DNA from: Candidatus Eiseniibacteriota bacterium
GTDB taxonomy: Bacteria; Eisenbacteria; RBG-16-71-46; CAIMUX01
Length of the DNA stretch: 64,000 bases
Assembly: GCA_963833505.1 (NCBI GenBank)
Contig: CAWHYG010000005.1
Coordinates: forward strand, 318,918 to 382,917
Reading direction: 5' to 3'
Shown here: piece by piece, positions 20,472-30,743 of the stretch
How positions within the stretch are numbered: the stretch's first letter is position 1
Layout: each line of letters starts with the position of its first letter
The notes under the pieces: model-generated
What the model was told of the DNA's origin: nothing
The model's database searches: none
Seen by the model: the letters and a program-made list of their open reading frames with translations, nothing else
Translations under genes and position numbers: made by a program

Positions 20472-20720
20472 GGAAACGCCCGCCTGCGCAACCGGACGCC
20501 ATCCGGCTGGAGAGGGGCGGCACGCAGCGCTCGTTGACGTGTCTTCTACGCAGGAGGGAGCCGGGCCGGCTGCCGCCGGTTCGGTTCCCCCGATCGCGGT
20601 CTCGGGTCGTTTACCTGAGGATCAGGAGCCGCTGGGCGATTCGCCCCCCCCGCACGGAGCCCGCAGACGTATAGACCTCAGCTCCGGCCCCGCGCCCGGT
20701 GAGCTCTGCGCGCGCAGGAA

Positions 20721-23213
20721 CTAGCGCACGATCACCAGCGGTCGGACCAGCCTCTCTCCGCCCGTCTGGAGCTGAAGGTAGTAGACGCCTGACGGCACAG
20801 GGTGACCACGGCGATCGCAAGCATTCCAGCTCAGAGAATGAACGCCGGACGCCGTGGTCATTTCAATGGTTGACCAGACGACTCGCCCGGTTGCGTCTTC
20901 AATCCTCAGATCGACCTTTCCCATATCGGGCAGGTCGAGCCGGACATTCACCGGTCCGGGCGTCGGGCTCGGAAAGGCCTGCAAACGCTGGATATTTCCG
21001 ATCGGTTGCCGGGGGGCAACATCGGTCAGCGAGCCTGTGTTCAGCAGCACTTCGACCGTACTGGCGCCTGGGTTCGCTGTTACAAGATCCCGCTTCCCAT
21101 CCCCGTTCAGGTCCCCGATCGCCACGGAGTTGGGATACCATCCCGTTCCGTAGTCCTGCTTCGTCTGGAGGGTCCCGTCCCCGCGGCCGAGCAGCACGGA
21201 CACGGTGTTCGAGGCATTGGTCGTCACCACGTCCAGCTTCCCGTCCCCGTTCAAGTCCCCGATCGCCACGGAGGTGGGATACGGTCCCGTCCCGTAGTCG
21301 TGGTGGACCCCAAAGGTCCCATTCCCGTTGCCGAGCAGAATGGACACGGTAAACGCGTTCGCGTTCACCGTCGCCAGGTCCGGCTTCCCGTCCCCGTTCA
21401 AGTCCCCAATCGCCACGAACGAGGGTTCCGATCCCGTTCCGTAGTCCTGCTTCGTCTGGAAGGTCCCATCCCCGTTGCCGAGCAGAATGGACACGGTATC
21501 GTGGCCGTCGTCCGCAACGGCCAGGTCCGGCTTCCCGTCTCCGTTTACGTCCCCGATCGCCACGGAGGCCGGATACGATCCCGTCCCGTAGTCCCGCTTC
21601 GTCTGGAAGGTCCCGTCCCCGCTGCCGAGCAACACGGAAACGTTGGAGGAGGTGCTGTTCGCCGACACCAGATCCGGCTTCCCATCCCCATTCAAGTCCC
21701 CGATCGCCACAGAGACGGGCGCCGTTCCCGTTGCGTAGTTCTGCATCGTCTGGAAGGTCCCATCCCCGTTGCCGAGCAGCACCGACACACTATTCGAGGA
21801 TTGGTTCGCCGTCGCCAGGTCCGGTTTCCCGTCCCCGTTCAAGTCCCCGATCGCCACGGAACTGGGTTCGTATTGGGTGTTGAACTCACGCTCCGTCCCG
21901 AAAGTCCCGTTCCCGTTGCCCAGCAGCACCGACACGGTATGGATGCCGACGTTCGCCGCCGCCAGGTCCGGCTTCCCGTCCCCGTTCAAGTCCCCGATCG
22001 CCACGGACATGGGTTCCCGTCCGGTCGGGTAGGCCAGCGTCGCTCCGAAGGTCCCGTTCCCGTTGCCCAGCAGCACCGACACGGTATTGGAGATGTGGTT
22101 CGCCACGGCCAGGTCCGGCTTCCCGTCGCCGTTCACGTCCCCGATGGCTACGAAATACGGATACGTTCCCGTTCCGTAATCCTGCCTGGTCCCGAAAGTC
22201 CCGTCCCCGTTGCCCAGCAACACCGACACGCTACTGGAGTCAAAGTCCGCGGTCGCCAGGTCCGGCTTCCCGTCCCCGTTAAAGTCCCCGATCGCCACGG
22301 AGTGGGGATCTGCTCCCGTTCTGAAATCATGCGCCGTCCCGAAAGTCCCGTCCCCGTTGCCCAGGAGCACCGACACGGTGTTGGAGCCGGAGTTCGCCGT
22401 TTCCACGTCCGGCTTCCCGTCCCCGTTTGCGTCCCCGATCACCACGGAGTAGGGATTCAGTCCCGTCAGGTGGTCCTGCTTCGTCCGGAAGGTCCCGTCC
22501 CCGTTGCCCAGCAGCACCGACACGCTACAGGAGTCGAAGTTCGCCGTCACCAGGTCCGGCTTTCCGTCCCCGTTCAAGTCCCCGACCGCCAGGGAGTAGG
22601 GAGACACTCCCGTCGCATAGTCCTGCTTCGTCTGGAAGGTCCCGTCCCCGTTGCCCAGGAGCACCGACACGGTCCTGGAGCCATGGTTCGCCGTCGCCAG
22701 GTCCGGCTTTCCGTCCCCGTTCAGGTCTCTGCTTGCCACGGAGTAGGGATACGCTCCCGTCGGGAAATTATGCGCCGTCCTGAACGTGCCGTCCCCGTTG
22801 CCCAGCAGCACCGACACGGCACTGGAGTTCGTGCTCGCCACCACCAGGTCCGGCTTCCCGTCACCGTTCACGTCCCCGATGACCACAGAATTGGGGGCGC
22901 TTCCTGTGCCGTAGACCTGCTGTCCCCCGAAAGTCCCGTCTCCGTTGCCGAGCAACACCGACACGTCAGAGGAGCCCGAGTTCGCGATCACCAGGTCCGG
23001 GATCCCGTCCCCGTTCAAATCACCAATCGCCACGGAGTGGGGGGACGGTCCGGAATCGAACGAAAGAAAGGGCGCGGCGAAGAGAATCTCCGCCCTGGCC
23101 ACGGGGACTCCCAGTCCCGCGACGCCCGCGAAACCGGCCACGAGCAGCAGCCATCCGGCGCAGACCGAAGACCTTGCGGTCGACAGGAATTGATTCCCGT
23201 TCCGAATCCTCAT
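20721..23213 (-). CDS. Secreted FG-GAP/VCBS repeat protein with C-terminal FlgD-Ig-like domain
   Basis: ATG at 23213 after AAGGAGG; about 14 near-identical 49-aa repeats SVAIGDLNGDGKPDLATAN..VSVLLGNGDGTF; tail PSP..W..CDRRGHPVPSGVYY. Confidence 0.9.
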   Translation of the reverse strand: MRIRNGNQFLSTARSSVCAGWLLLVAGFAGVAGLGVPVARAEILFAAPFLSFDSGPSPHSVAIGDLNGDGIPDLVIANSGSSDVSVLLGNGDGTFGGQQVYGTGSAPNSVVIGDVNGDGKPDLVVASTNSSAVSVLLGNGDGTFRTAHNFPTGAYPYSVASRDLNGDGKPDLATANHGSRTVSVLLGNGDGTFQTKQDYATGVSPYSLAVGDLNGDGKPDLVTANFDSCSVSVLLGNGDGTFRTKQDHLTGLNPYSVVIGDANGDGKPDVETANSGSNTVSVLLGNGDGTFGTAHDFRTGADPHSVAIGDFNGDGKPDLATADFDSSSVSVLLGNGDGTFGTRQDYGTGTYPYFVAIGDVNGDGKPDLAVANHISNTVSVLLGNGNGTFGATLAYPTGREPMSVAIGDLNGDGKPDLAAANVGIHTVSVLLGNGNGTFGTEREFNTQYEPSSVAIGDLNGDGKPDLATANQSSNSVSVLLGNGDGTFQTMQNYATGTAPVSVAIGDLNGDGKPDLVSANSTSSNVSVLLGSGDGTFQTKRDYGTGSYPASVAIGDVNGDGKPDLAVADDGHDTVSILLGNGDGTFQTKQDYGTGSEPSFVAIGDLNGDGKPDLATVNANAFTVSILLGNGNGTFGVHHDYGTGPYPTSVAIGDLNGDGKLDVVTTNASNTVSVLLGRGDGTLQTKQDYGTGWYPNSVAIGDLNGDGKRDLVTANPGASTVEVLLNTGSLTDVAPRQPIGNIQRLQAFPSPTPGPVNVRLDLPDMGKVDLRIEDATGRVVWSTIEMTTASGVHSLSWNACDRRGHPVPSGVYYLQLQTGGERLVRPLVIVR
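21050..23040 (-). repeat. Intragenic tandem repeat array, unit about 147 bp
   Basis: Recurrent plus-strand text CAGGTCCGGCTTCCCGTCCCCGTTCAAGTCCCCGATCGCCACGGA and GTTGCCCAGCAGCACCGACAC at about 147-bp spacing. Confidence 0.85.
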
Positions 23214-23296
23214 TGGTGTCACCTCCTTGATTCGCAACCGGAGACAACGGGATCGGACCCATGGACACTGGAATGTGTCACTCCAGACCGGCGGTA

Positions 23297-24001
23297 TTAT
23301 ACCACACAGCGTTTCAGGAAAGCCAGGGGCTTCCTTCGCCGGCCCCGCCACGTCCAGCTCACTCGATTGATCTGCCGGGCGTCGTCGTACCGGGTTTGCT
23401 GATCAATCGTCACCCGCGTCCCGTTCGGGAGCCGGAAACGGGACACTCCCCTCTGCAATTTGCGCCCTCGGACGATGACGTCGATGCTCGGGTTGAAGAC
23501 ATCGACGATGAAGCGGCCGCCCGGCTCGAGGTGCCGCCTGACCCCGGAGAAGACGTGTTCGAGATCCGCGAGCCGGTAGGTGTTCTGCAGGGAGTTGAAT
23601 GGGATGAAGATCAACTGGAATCGCGTCTTCAGCGAGAGCCGGCGCATGTCCTGGCGATGGAAGGGGATCTTGAGCCCAGCGGCGCGCGCCTTGGCCTTGG
23701 CATGGTCGAGCATGGAGCTCGCCAGATCGACCCCCGAGATGTCGATGCCGGCCTTGGCCAGCGGCACGGTCAGGCGGCCGGTGCCGCAGCAGAGCTCGAG
23801 CACCGGTCCGCGGGCGCGCCGGGCCTGGGCGAGATAGAAGGGCAGATCCCAGTCGAAGTCGTTGTCCGCGTCATACAGGGTGCCATCATGGACCAGCACG
23901 CCGACGCCGAAGTCGCCGCTGGCGCCGGGGGCCAGGCGGGGGCGCTTCGCAGCTCTGCGATTCGACGGGGTCTTCCTGGTGGTTCTCTTTGTCGCTGCCA
24001 T
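23297..24001 (-). CDS. Class I SAM-dependent methyltransferase, C-terminus probably truncated
   Basis: VLELCCGTGR, GVDLASSML, QDMR, LEPGGRFIVD. Ends abruptly after WTWRG. Confidence 0.75.
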   Translation of the reverse strand: MAATKRTTRKTPSNRRAAKRPRLAPGASGDFGVGVLVHDGTLYDADNDFDWDLPFYLAQARRARGPVLELCCGTGRLTVPLAKAGIDISGVDLASSMLDHAKAKARAAGLKIPFHRQDMRRLSLKTRFQLIFIPFNSLQNTYRLADLEHVFSGVRRHLEPGGRFIVDVFNPSIDVIVRGRKLQRGVSRFRLPNGTRVTIDQQTRYDDARQINRVSWTWRGRRRKPLAFLKRCVV

Positions 24002-24252
24002 CTTCGCCTCCTCGTCAATTCGACGGATGATCCCCGCCCCATCGACCGGCTATGATCCTAGGTGGCAGGGGCCGTCCGCCGCAATGGCAAGGAACGCGAA
24101 AGACGATTCCGAGCCGGATCCGATCCAGCGCGGGGGATTGCCCGACGTGGAGACCCGGGGGCCGGTTTTGCACTCTGCCCGGTTCCGAGGAGTGGCCGGT
24201 TGCGCTCGGCCCGGTTCCGAAGCATGAAGCATCACCCAGGAGGGATCACACA

Positions 24253-24627
24253 GTGAGAGCACTTTACGTCAGAGCATCCATGTGCCTGGCGGTCGGCCTG
24301 GCGTTTTCCGGGATTCTCGGATGCGGCAAGAGCGGCAATTCCACCAAGACGACGCCTCCGCAGACGAGCCACACCGCACACTACCACGCCGTGTCGATCC
24401 AGAACTTCGCCTTCTCGCCCTCGGCGCTTACTGTCTCCGTCGCCGATACCGTGGCGTGGACGAACAACGACACGACGACCCACACCGTGACCTCCGATTC
24501 CGGGAGCGAGCTCGGCTCGACCGTCAATCAAGGCCAGACCTACGTGCACGTCTTCGCCCAGGCCGGGAGCTATCCTTACCACTGCGCCATCCATACCACC
24601 ATGCACGGGTCGGTCACCGTGCAATAG
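24253..24627 (+). CDS. Cupredoxin (plastocyanin/amicyanin-like) lipoprotein
   Basis: GTG after AGGAGG; lipobox ILGC; FAFSP..WTNND...HTVT; type-1 copper ligands YHCAIHTTM. Confidence 0.88.
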   Translation: MRALYVRASMCLAVGLAFSGILGCGKSGNSTKTTPPQTSHTAHYHAVSIQNFAFSPSALTVSVADTVAWTNNDTTTHTVTSDSGSELGSTVNQGQTYVHVFAQAGSYPYHCAIHTTMHGSVTVQ

Positions 24628-24635
24628 GAGCCGTC

Positions 24636-24992
24636 ATGGCAAGGCTGATTCGGGGACCTTCCCTCGTGGAGGCGGCGGGAGTTCCGCCCAAGCGAATCGA
24701 GGAATTCATCGGCCGGGTGAATTCCTCGGACAAGACGGTGAGCATCGCTCGGATGAAGAGCCCTCCCGGGTGGATGGAACCGGGCCAGACACCCGAATTC
24801 GACGAGTACACGATCGTGCTCGCGGGCGCGCTCCGCGTCGAGACGAAGGAATCCATGCTTCAGATCGAATCGGGCCAGGCGGTCCATGTTCGCGCCAAGG
24901 AGTGGGTCCGCTATAGCACTCCCGCGGGCGCGGAGTACATCTCGGTGTGCTTGCCGGCGTTCTCGTTGGAAACCGTGCACCGCGATGACTGA
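24636..24992 (+). CDS. Cupin-domain protein (EutQ-like)
   Basis: IEEFIGRVNS..SIARM.SP.GW.EPGQTPEFDEYT.VL.G..EWVRYSTP; ATG after AGGAG. Confidence 0.85.
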   Translation: MARLIRGPSLVEAAGVPPKRIEEFIGRVNSSDKTVSIARMKSPPGWMEPGQTPEFDEYTIVLAGALRVETKESMLQIESGQAVHVRAKEWVRYSTPAGAEYISVCLPAFSLETVHRDD

Positions 24993-25030
24993 TTCCCCCC
25001 GCCGGCCCATCCGGTCGTCCGGCGAGTCCG

Positions 25031-25096
25031 TCAGCTGATCGCTGTCTCGGCCGCTTCGATCATGTGTTCGATGCGGATCCGATCTTCAGGCTGCAA
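25031..25096 (-). pseudogene. HEPN/DUF86 (HepT-like) toxin remnant, 21 codons
   Basis: TTG-QPEDRIRIEHMIEAAETAIS* overlaps the MNT end and resembles DUF86 N-termini; no RxxxxH motif follows. Confidence 0.65.
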
Positions 25097-25389
25097 ACTG
25101 CACCTCGGCTTTTCCGCAGAACATCCTCGCGAAAGTGTGGGCTAAGGTCCTGGGCTGTGCGCAGGTCGACACGCCTCCCTCCGAGAAGGGTGGACAATTC
25201 CATCTCTATGCCGGCCAGGGCGATCAGGCCCGGGATCGCATGAGGCGCAAACTCGACCAGCAGATCCACGTCACTGTCAGGCCGCCCCGTTCCCGTGAGG
25301 ACGGAGCCGAAAAGTGCCAAACGGACGATGCTGTGTCGCTCGCAGAACTCTCTGAGAGCGGACGGGGCTACTTTGAGCCGGTTCTCCAT
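25060..25389 (-). CDS. Minimal nucleotidyltransferase (MNT/MntA-type antitoxin); extra A near the 3' end
   Basis: LALFGSVL...RPDSDVDLLVEF, RRVDL. Removing one A from CGGAAAAGCC gives the typical ending RKAEVQFAA* at about 25086. Confidence 0.85.
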   Translation of the reverse strand: MENRLKVAPSALREFCERHSIVRLALFGSVLTGTGRPDSDVDLLVEFAPHAIPGLIALAGIEMELSTLLGGRRVDLRTAQDLSPHFREDVLRKSRGAVCSLKIGSASNT

Positions 25390-25753
25390 TTTAACGATCT
25401 CCGACGCCGGTCTCTGCTTGCCCGTGGATTCCTACCGCGACCGGCACGCTCGCTCCTGACCTCTAGACCTGGCCGCCCTGGTTGCGGCCCTCCTCCGCCT
25501 CGTAGGATGCGCGCCTCCCAACTCCGGACGACGTCATTGTAGCCGATCACGAACTGCCGGGTCGAGCACCCCCTGTTGCCCCATTTGCCTCGGCGCAGTA
25601 TACTCAGGTACGCCAGACTGATCGTGTTTCCTCTTCTGCGAGGAGGGTGCGCCTTGAGAACCTCGATGGCCAGCGTCGTTCTCGCCGGGCTCGGACCGAC
25701 GCGGGATCCCGTGCGCTCGATGTCTGAGGCCCGGCGGAACGCGGAGGCCTGAC

Positions 25754-28468
25754 ATGAGGTGTTCGGCCGGATCTGGCGTCAACGTCCTCCGAAGGGTTCT
25801 CCGGAGCCCTCTGGCTCAAGGCATGGCTCTGGCGCTCGTTCTGGCTCTGGCCGGTCTGATCAGTTTCGCCGCAGCGGCCGCCGCGCGCCAGGTATCCCGT
25901 CCAAGAGGCCTCTTGGCGTCGGGATCCGCCGGCACCACCGGCGCATGGAGCACCGCATTCGCGCCGCTCGGGCTCAATGATTTCGTCGACGCCCTGCTGG
26001 TTCACGACAATTCCCTCTTCGCGGGAGGCGAGTTCACCGCGATCGGCCCGGTCGTAGCGGCTCGGGTGGCGCGGTACGACGGACAGAACTGGTCCGCGGT
26101 CGGGCAAGGGATGAATGGAGCGGTCTACGCCTTGGGTGAATACCGGGGAGATCTCATCGCCGGAGGCGCGTTCAGCCGGGCTGACGAACAGCCGGCCCAG
26201 AACGTGGCCCGCTGGACCGGATCGAGCTGGGATTCGCTCGGAACCGGCTTGAACGGTACGGTAGGCTCTCTGGCCGCGCTCGGTGATGACCTGGTCGCCG
26301 CCGGAACCTTCCAGGCCTCGAACGCCAAGGGAACGCGCGTGGCCTGTTGGAACGGGGTTTCCTGGCGCGCCCTGGGAAGGAACCTGCCGGACGCGTCCGG
26401 CTATAGCCTGGCCGTGTACCACGACTCGCTGTACGTCGGGTGCTCCTGCGTGGGAACGGACAGTCTGGGAAATCACGCGGGCTTCGTGTTGCGCTGGAAC
26501 GGGAGCGCCTGGTCCCCGGTTGGGTCCGCCCCGGAAGGATTTGGCTTCAGCATCAACGGTTTTTCTGTCGACGAGGACCATCTCTACGTCTTCGGCGACG
26601 AGACCGGGAACATCGGAGTGACCGGCGGACTTTTCATGGTCCTGGACGGCGACCATTGGCGCGATCTCGGCTATGGCGACGGTTGCGGGGATCCTTACTA
26701 CAACGAATACGAATCCGTCGAGGCGGCCCTGGAGTGGCAGGGACATCTCGTCGTTTCCGGTTGCTTCGCCGGCCCCGAGAGATGCAACTCCCGTTCGATC
26801 TGCTTGTGGCCTGGAACTCCGATGCCCGGTGGAGGCACGGAGGAGGGAGGAGACCTCTGGCCGCTGGCGGTTTTCCAGGGGGATCTCTACGCGGCCGGCG
26901 CGTTCTCGGTGCCGCAAGGCGTCTCGATGCCCGATCTCAAGCGTTCGGACGGTTCTGCCTGGACCTCCGTCACGGGCGCCGGCCAGGGGATCACGGGCGA
27001 GGTGGACGCGTTGGCGTATCTGGGCCCGGACCTCATTGCCGCGGGCTCATTCCTCGAGGCGGGGGATCAGGCGGTCAACGGGGTCGCCCGGTGGGACGGC
27101 TCCGCGTGGCACGCGATGGGAGCGGGGTTCAGCGAGAAGATCGCCCACCTGGTTCCGTTCAATGGGGGTCTGGTCGCGGTCGGAGACTCCACCTCCGATG
27201 AATCGGCGCTCGCCTTCTGGGACGGACAAAGCTGGCAGCCCATCGGCCACGGGTTGGAACGCGGCTGGATCGGAGATGTCACCGTCTATCACGGCGAGCT
27301 GATCGCCGGCGGATGGTTCAGCCGCTCCGGAAACGATCCCATCGGAGTCATTGCGCGATGGGACGGCGCTGCGTGGCGATCGATGGACGACGGCGTCGAA
27401 GGCGCCGTTCGCTGCTTCGGGACCTATCAGGGCCATCTCCTGGCGGGCGGGGAGTTTCACGGCCGCCTGGCCGTCTGGAACGGCTCTTCCTGGCAACCAT
27501 TCGCAGGCGGCGCGGAATCGCCCGTGATCGCGATCCAGGAGTATGGCGGCAACGTCTTCATCATTCGGCAAAATGGGCAGAGCTCAGTCCTGGAATGGTG
27601 GGATGGCACTGCCTGGCATTCCTGCGACTTGAACGGCTCTTCCGGCATGGTCCGCTCGTTCGCTGTGTACGGAGGCCACCTCATCGCGGCCGCAAAGACC
27701 GGTGCCCCGAGCCTCGACCTTTCTTCGCTCTTCGTCTGGGATGGATCCACCTTTGTTCCGTTCGAGGCCGAGACGGAGCAGACGGTCCTCGCGCTGGCGG
27801 TCCGCGGCTCGGAGCTTGCGGCGGGAGGCACCTTCCAGTTGGCGGGGGAGACTCCATCGAGCGCCATCGCCGTGTGGACGGATCCGGCGGTGCCGGCGGC
27901 TCCGCTCTCCTTCCGCGTGACCGGCCGGGACGGCGGCGCGACCATCCATTGGGACACAGCGCCGGGATGGGATTCCATCGGCTGGCGACTTCACGCTCAG
28001 GACCCTGGCGCCGAACCGGTGACTCTGACTTTGACGCCCCGTCAAGGTAGCTCATCCTATGTATATGACGACGCGTACCCGGGCGTCCGGAATCGCCAGT
28101 ACTGGCTGGAGCAGATCCGTCCGGACGGGCTGGATTGCGCCTGGTACGGACCGGTGACCGCCCAAGCGAGCCTGGCCGACGCGGGAGCATCGGTCGTTCA
28201 AGGGCTTGCCGTCTGGCCGAATCCCGGAGTCGGGTCGACGACCATCGCCTTTCGCGTGGCCTCTCCTTCGCGGGTGCGATTGACGGTCGTCGACGCAACC
28301 GGGCGCACCGTGAGGGTGCTGGCCGACGGGCGTTCCAAAGCCGATTCCGGCCGGACCGACTGGGACGGAAAGGACGCCAATGGGCGCCGCGTCCCATCCG
28401 GCGCCTACTGGATCCGGTTTGACTCCGGAAGCGAGGTCCGCTCGGCCCGTGTCATTCTCGTGAACTGA
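25754..28468 (+). CDS. Secreted beta-propeller protein (WDG-xx-W repeats) with C-terminal FlgD-Ig-like domain
   Basis: Hydrophobic signal MALALVLALAGL; repeats LIAGG.F..VARWDG..W..G.G; tail PNP..DATGR.VR..WDGKD.NG..V.SG.Y. True start may be 25823. Confidence 0.85.
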   Translation: MRCSAGSGVNVLRRVLRSPLAQGMALALVLALAGLISFAAAAAARQVSRPRGLLASGSAGTTGAWSTAFAPLGLNDFVDALLVHDNSLFAGGEFTAIGPVVAARVARYDGQNWSAVGQGMNGAVYALGEYRGDLIAGGAFSRADEQPAQNVARWTGSSWDSLGTGLNGTVGSLAALGDDLVAAGTFQASNAKGTRVACWNGVSWRALGRNLPDASGYSLAVYHDSLYVGCSCVGTDSLGNHAGFVLRWNGSAWSPVGSAPEGFGFSINGFSVDEDHLYVFGDETGNIGVTGGLFMVLDGDHWRDLGYGDGCGDPYYNEYESVEAALEWQGHLVVSGCFAGPERCNSRSICLWPGTPMPGGGTEEGGDLWPLAVFQGDLYAAGAFSVPQGVSMPDLKRSDGSAWTSVTGAGQGITGEVDALAYLGPDLIAAGSFLEAGDQAVNGVARWDGSAWHAMGAGFSEKIAHLVPFNGGLVAVGDSTSDESALAFWDGQSWQPIGHGLERGWIGDVTVYHGELIAGGWFSRSGNDPIGVIARWDGAAWRSMDDGVEGAVRCFGTYQGHLLAGGEFHGRLAVWNGSSWQPFAGGAESPVIAIQEYGGNVFIIRQNGQSSVLEWWDGTAWHSCDLNGSSGMVRSFAVYGGHLIAAAKTGAPSLDLSSLFVWDGSTFVPFEAETEQTVLALAVRGSELAAGGTFQLAGETPSSAIAVWTDPAVPAAPLSFRVTGRDGGATIHWDTAPGWDSIGWRLHAQDPGAEPVTLTLTPRQGSSSYVYDDAYPGVRNRQYWLEQIRPDGLDCAWYGPVTAQASLADAGASVVQGLAVWPNPGVGSTTIAFRVASPSRVRLTVVDATGRTVRVLADGRSKADSGRTDWDGKDANGRRVPSGAYWIRFDSGSEVRSARVILVN

Positions 28469-28624
28469 TTCGGAATCACCTCGGGCGGAGCCGCAAGGTA
28501 ATAGAGCCGGTGTACGTATGCCGATCCTCGGATCCTGCGCCAGGAGCCGGACGACTTGATCGCGGCGGTCAGCAACACCGGCTACCTGGACCGGGCGCCC
28601 GCGGGGAGCTACAAGCTCAACGGC

Positions 28625-30107
28625 TCACCGCACGACCGTGATCCTGCCCACCGTCACCAGCGCACCCGAAACCGCCCTGACGTAATACACACCCGGAGCC
28701 AGCCCGCGCACGTCCAGGGACGCAGTGATCTCGCCACTCAAGCCGGCCAACCGACGCCCGAGCACCTCCCGCCCGGAGGCGTCGAAAACCCGCACGGTGA
28801 CCGGCCCGATCCCCGGACGGCGCAACACCAGCGTGATCCGATCGCGCGCCGGCACCGGATAGACGGAAAGAGCCACCGGCGCATGCGCCGCTGTTTCCGG
28901 CGCGCCGGAGTTCCCGCTCAGGTCCGCCATCCGCAGCCCGTCTCCGAAACTCGCGACCCAGAGCTGGCTCGTCGCCTCGGGATTGAAGAAGCAGCGTATC
29001 GGATGGGCGAACGGGTAGCTGTCCACCAGGGAGAACGTGGGACTGGCGCCGCCGATATTCTCGCTCACCCAGAGTCCCTGGTCTTCGGTGGTCACGTAGC
29101 ATTCGTTGTTGTTCGTGGGGTTGAAGGCTTCCCGCATCGGTGGTCTTCATGATCTCCGGGTTCCCGGCGGAACTTCCCCCGGCCACATAGGCGGTGTTGA
29201 TGTCGTCGCGCGCCATGGCGGCGTAGAAGGGAAAGTCGTTGGAGAGATTGATCCCGTGTGATCTCGGCACCCAGGTTCCGGCGCCGGTGTCATAGGTGTA
29301 GATTCCGGTGCAGAGGCCATAGTAGTCGCTTCCCGGAATTCCGGTGTAGATGTTGGAGGTGTCGGCCACCGTGGCCACGAAGCGCGTGGTGTTCCCCTCT
29401 TTCGCCGCGGCCATGGAGAGAAGCGCCTGTCCCGCCGGGATCCCAGGGAGAGATCCCAGATGGAAGCTGTCGCCGCCGTCGGTGGAGGTAAGCATCCCCT
29501 CGTTCGTCCCGACGAAGATGTTGGTTCCGTCGAACCAGACCCCGGCGATATAGCAGCCACCCGGAGATCCCGTGCTGTACTTGGGCGCGCCGAAGGTATT
29601 GCCGCCGTCGGTGGAGAGATAGAGGCGACCGTAGTCGGTCACGATCACCCGCGTCGTGCTTTCCGGATCCGCCGCCAGCCCCCAGGCGCCTCCACCGGTG
29701 GGATCGCCCGGAAGCGCGGTCCAGTGAACGCCTCCGTCCGTGCTTTTGTATGGAGTGTAGCCGTTGTTGTTGTTGTGCAAACTGTAGAGGACCGAGGGTT
29801 CGGCCGTGAACTGCACGTCCGTGAGATCACCGCCCTGGATCTGCGAGAAGGGAAGGACGGTCCAGGTCGCTCCCAGGTCGGTGGTGTGGAACATCTCCCC
29901 CATGTCGCAGGCGATGTAGGCCTCATCGCTCTGGTACGGGCTGAAGCTCGGGCAGAAGAGCGATCCGCCGCCGCCGACCCCGCTTGGCGTCCAGACGGTG
30001 GGTTGGGCGAGAGCAGCCCGCGGGGGAAGCAGGAGCGCCGGAAGAAGCGCCAGACCGGACAGCAGGATGGACGTCGACCGTCGGCGTGCCATGGATGACC
30101 TCCTCAT
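28625..30107 (-). pseudogene. Secreted BNR/Asp-box (VPS10/sialidase-like) protein with T9SS-like tail; out-of-frame internal deletion near 29131
   Basis: Asp boxes STDGG/TTDLG. The sequence jumps from IMKTTDAG to AFNPTNNNECYVTTEDQG in another frame. Tail YPVP..FDASGR..GLAPGVYYVR. Confidence 0.7.
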
Positions 30108-30386
30108 GGTGGGCGAACGCGGCCGGCACCATGTCTGAGCCTACCGGACGGGGACGCCCGGGAACAAACCGGCGGGAGGGGGCTGCGCTGCTGCGCGTGA
30201 AGTGAGGGTGTCGGATGCAGGTTTGCGCTTCTAGAGCCGGGGATTCCTGCGGGATCCGGAGAGCTGAAACAGAGTCGCGATGGACCGAACCCCTTGCCGA
30301 CCAGCCCAAACCCGCCTGTCGGGCGACAAGGTGTCCCGACGACGACAAGCTTCCCGTGATTACTGCCCGCGACTCCCTGGGGGACG

Positions 30387-30677
30387 GTGGGGGGACAGCC
30401 GAATTGGCACCTCGGGCCGACCCCGAATCCGGCGATCGGACCGGTGACGATCGGGTACCGCATGGCGGCGGCCGGAAGCGCCGCGATCGAAATCTTCGAC
30501 AGTGCGGGCAGGTTGGTGAGGCGGATCGAAGCGGGCACGCATCTCGCGGGCCGTTACTCGGTCACGTGGGACGGGAGGGACGATGCGGGACGGACGGTGC
30601 CCGCTGGGTTGTACTTGACGAGGGTCGAGGCCGGAGGCGCGGTGATGGGAGCGAGGGTCGTGATCGGAGTCCGGTGA
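30387..30677 (+). pseudogene. Orphan FlgD-Ig/T9SS-like C-terminal domain
   Basis: PTPNP..IEIFDSAGRLVR..WDGRDDAGRTVPAGLY with no signal peptide or passenger domain. Confidence 0.65.
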
Positions 30678-30743
30678 GCTGCAGAGGGTGCGGCACCCTC
30701 CGCACGGGTCTGCAGCCGCACCCGCGTCGGCCCCTGCGGCCGG

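Noticed and set aside
21050-23040. CRISPR-like regular repeats
   Set aside because: These are 147-bp in-frame coding FG-GAP units without unique spacers, and no cas genes are present.
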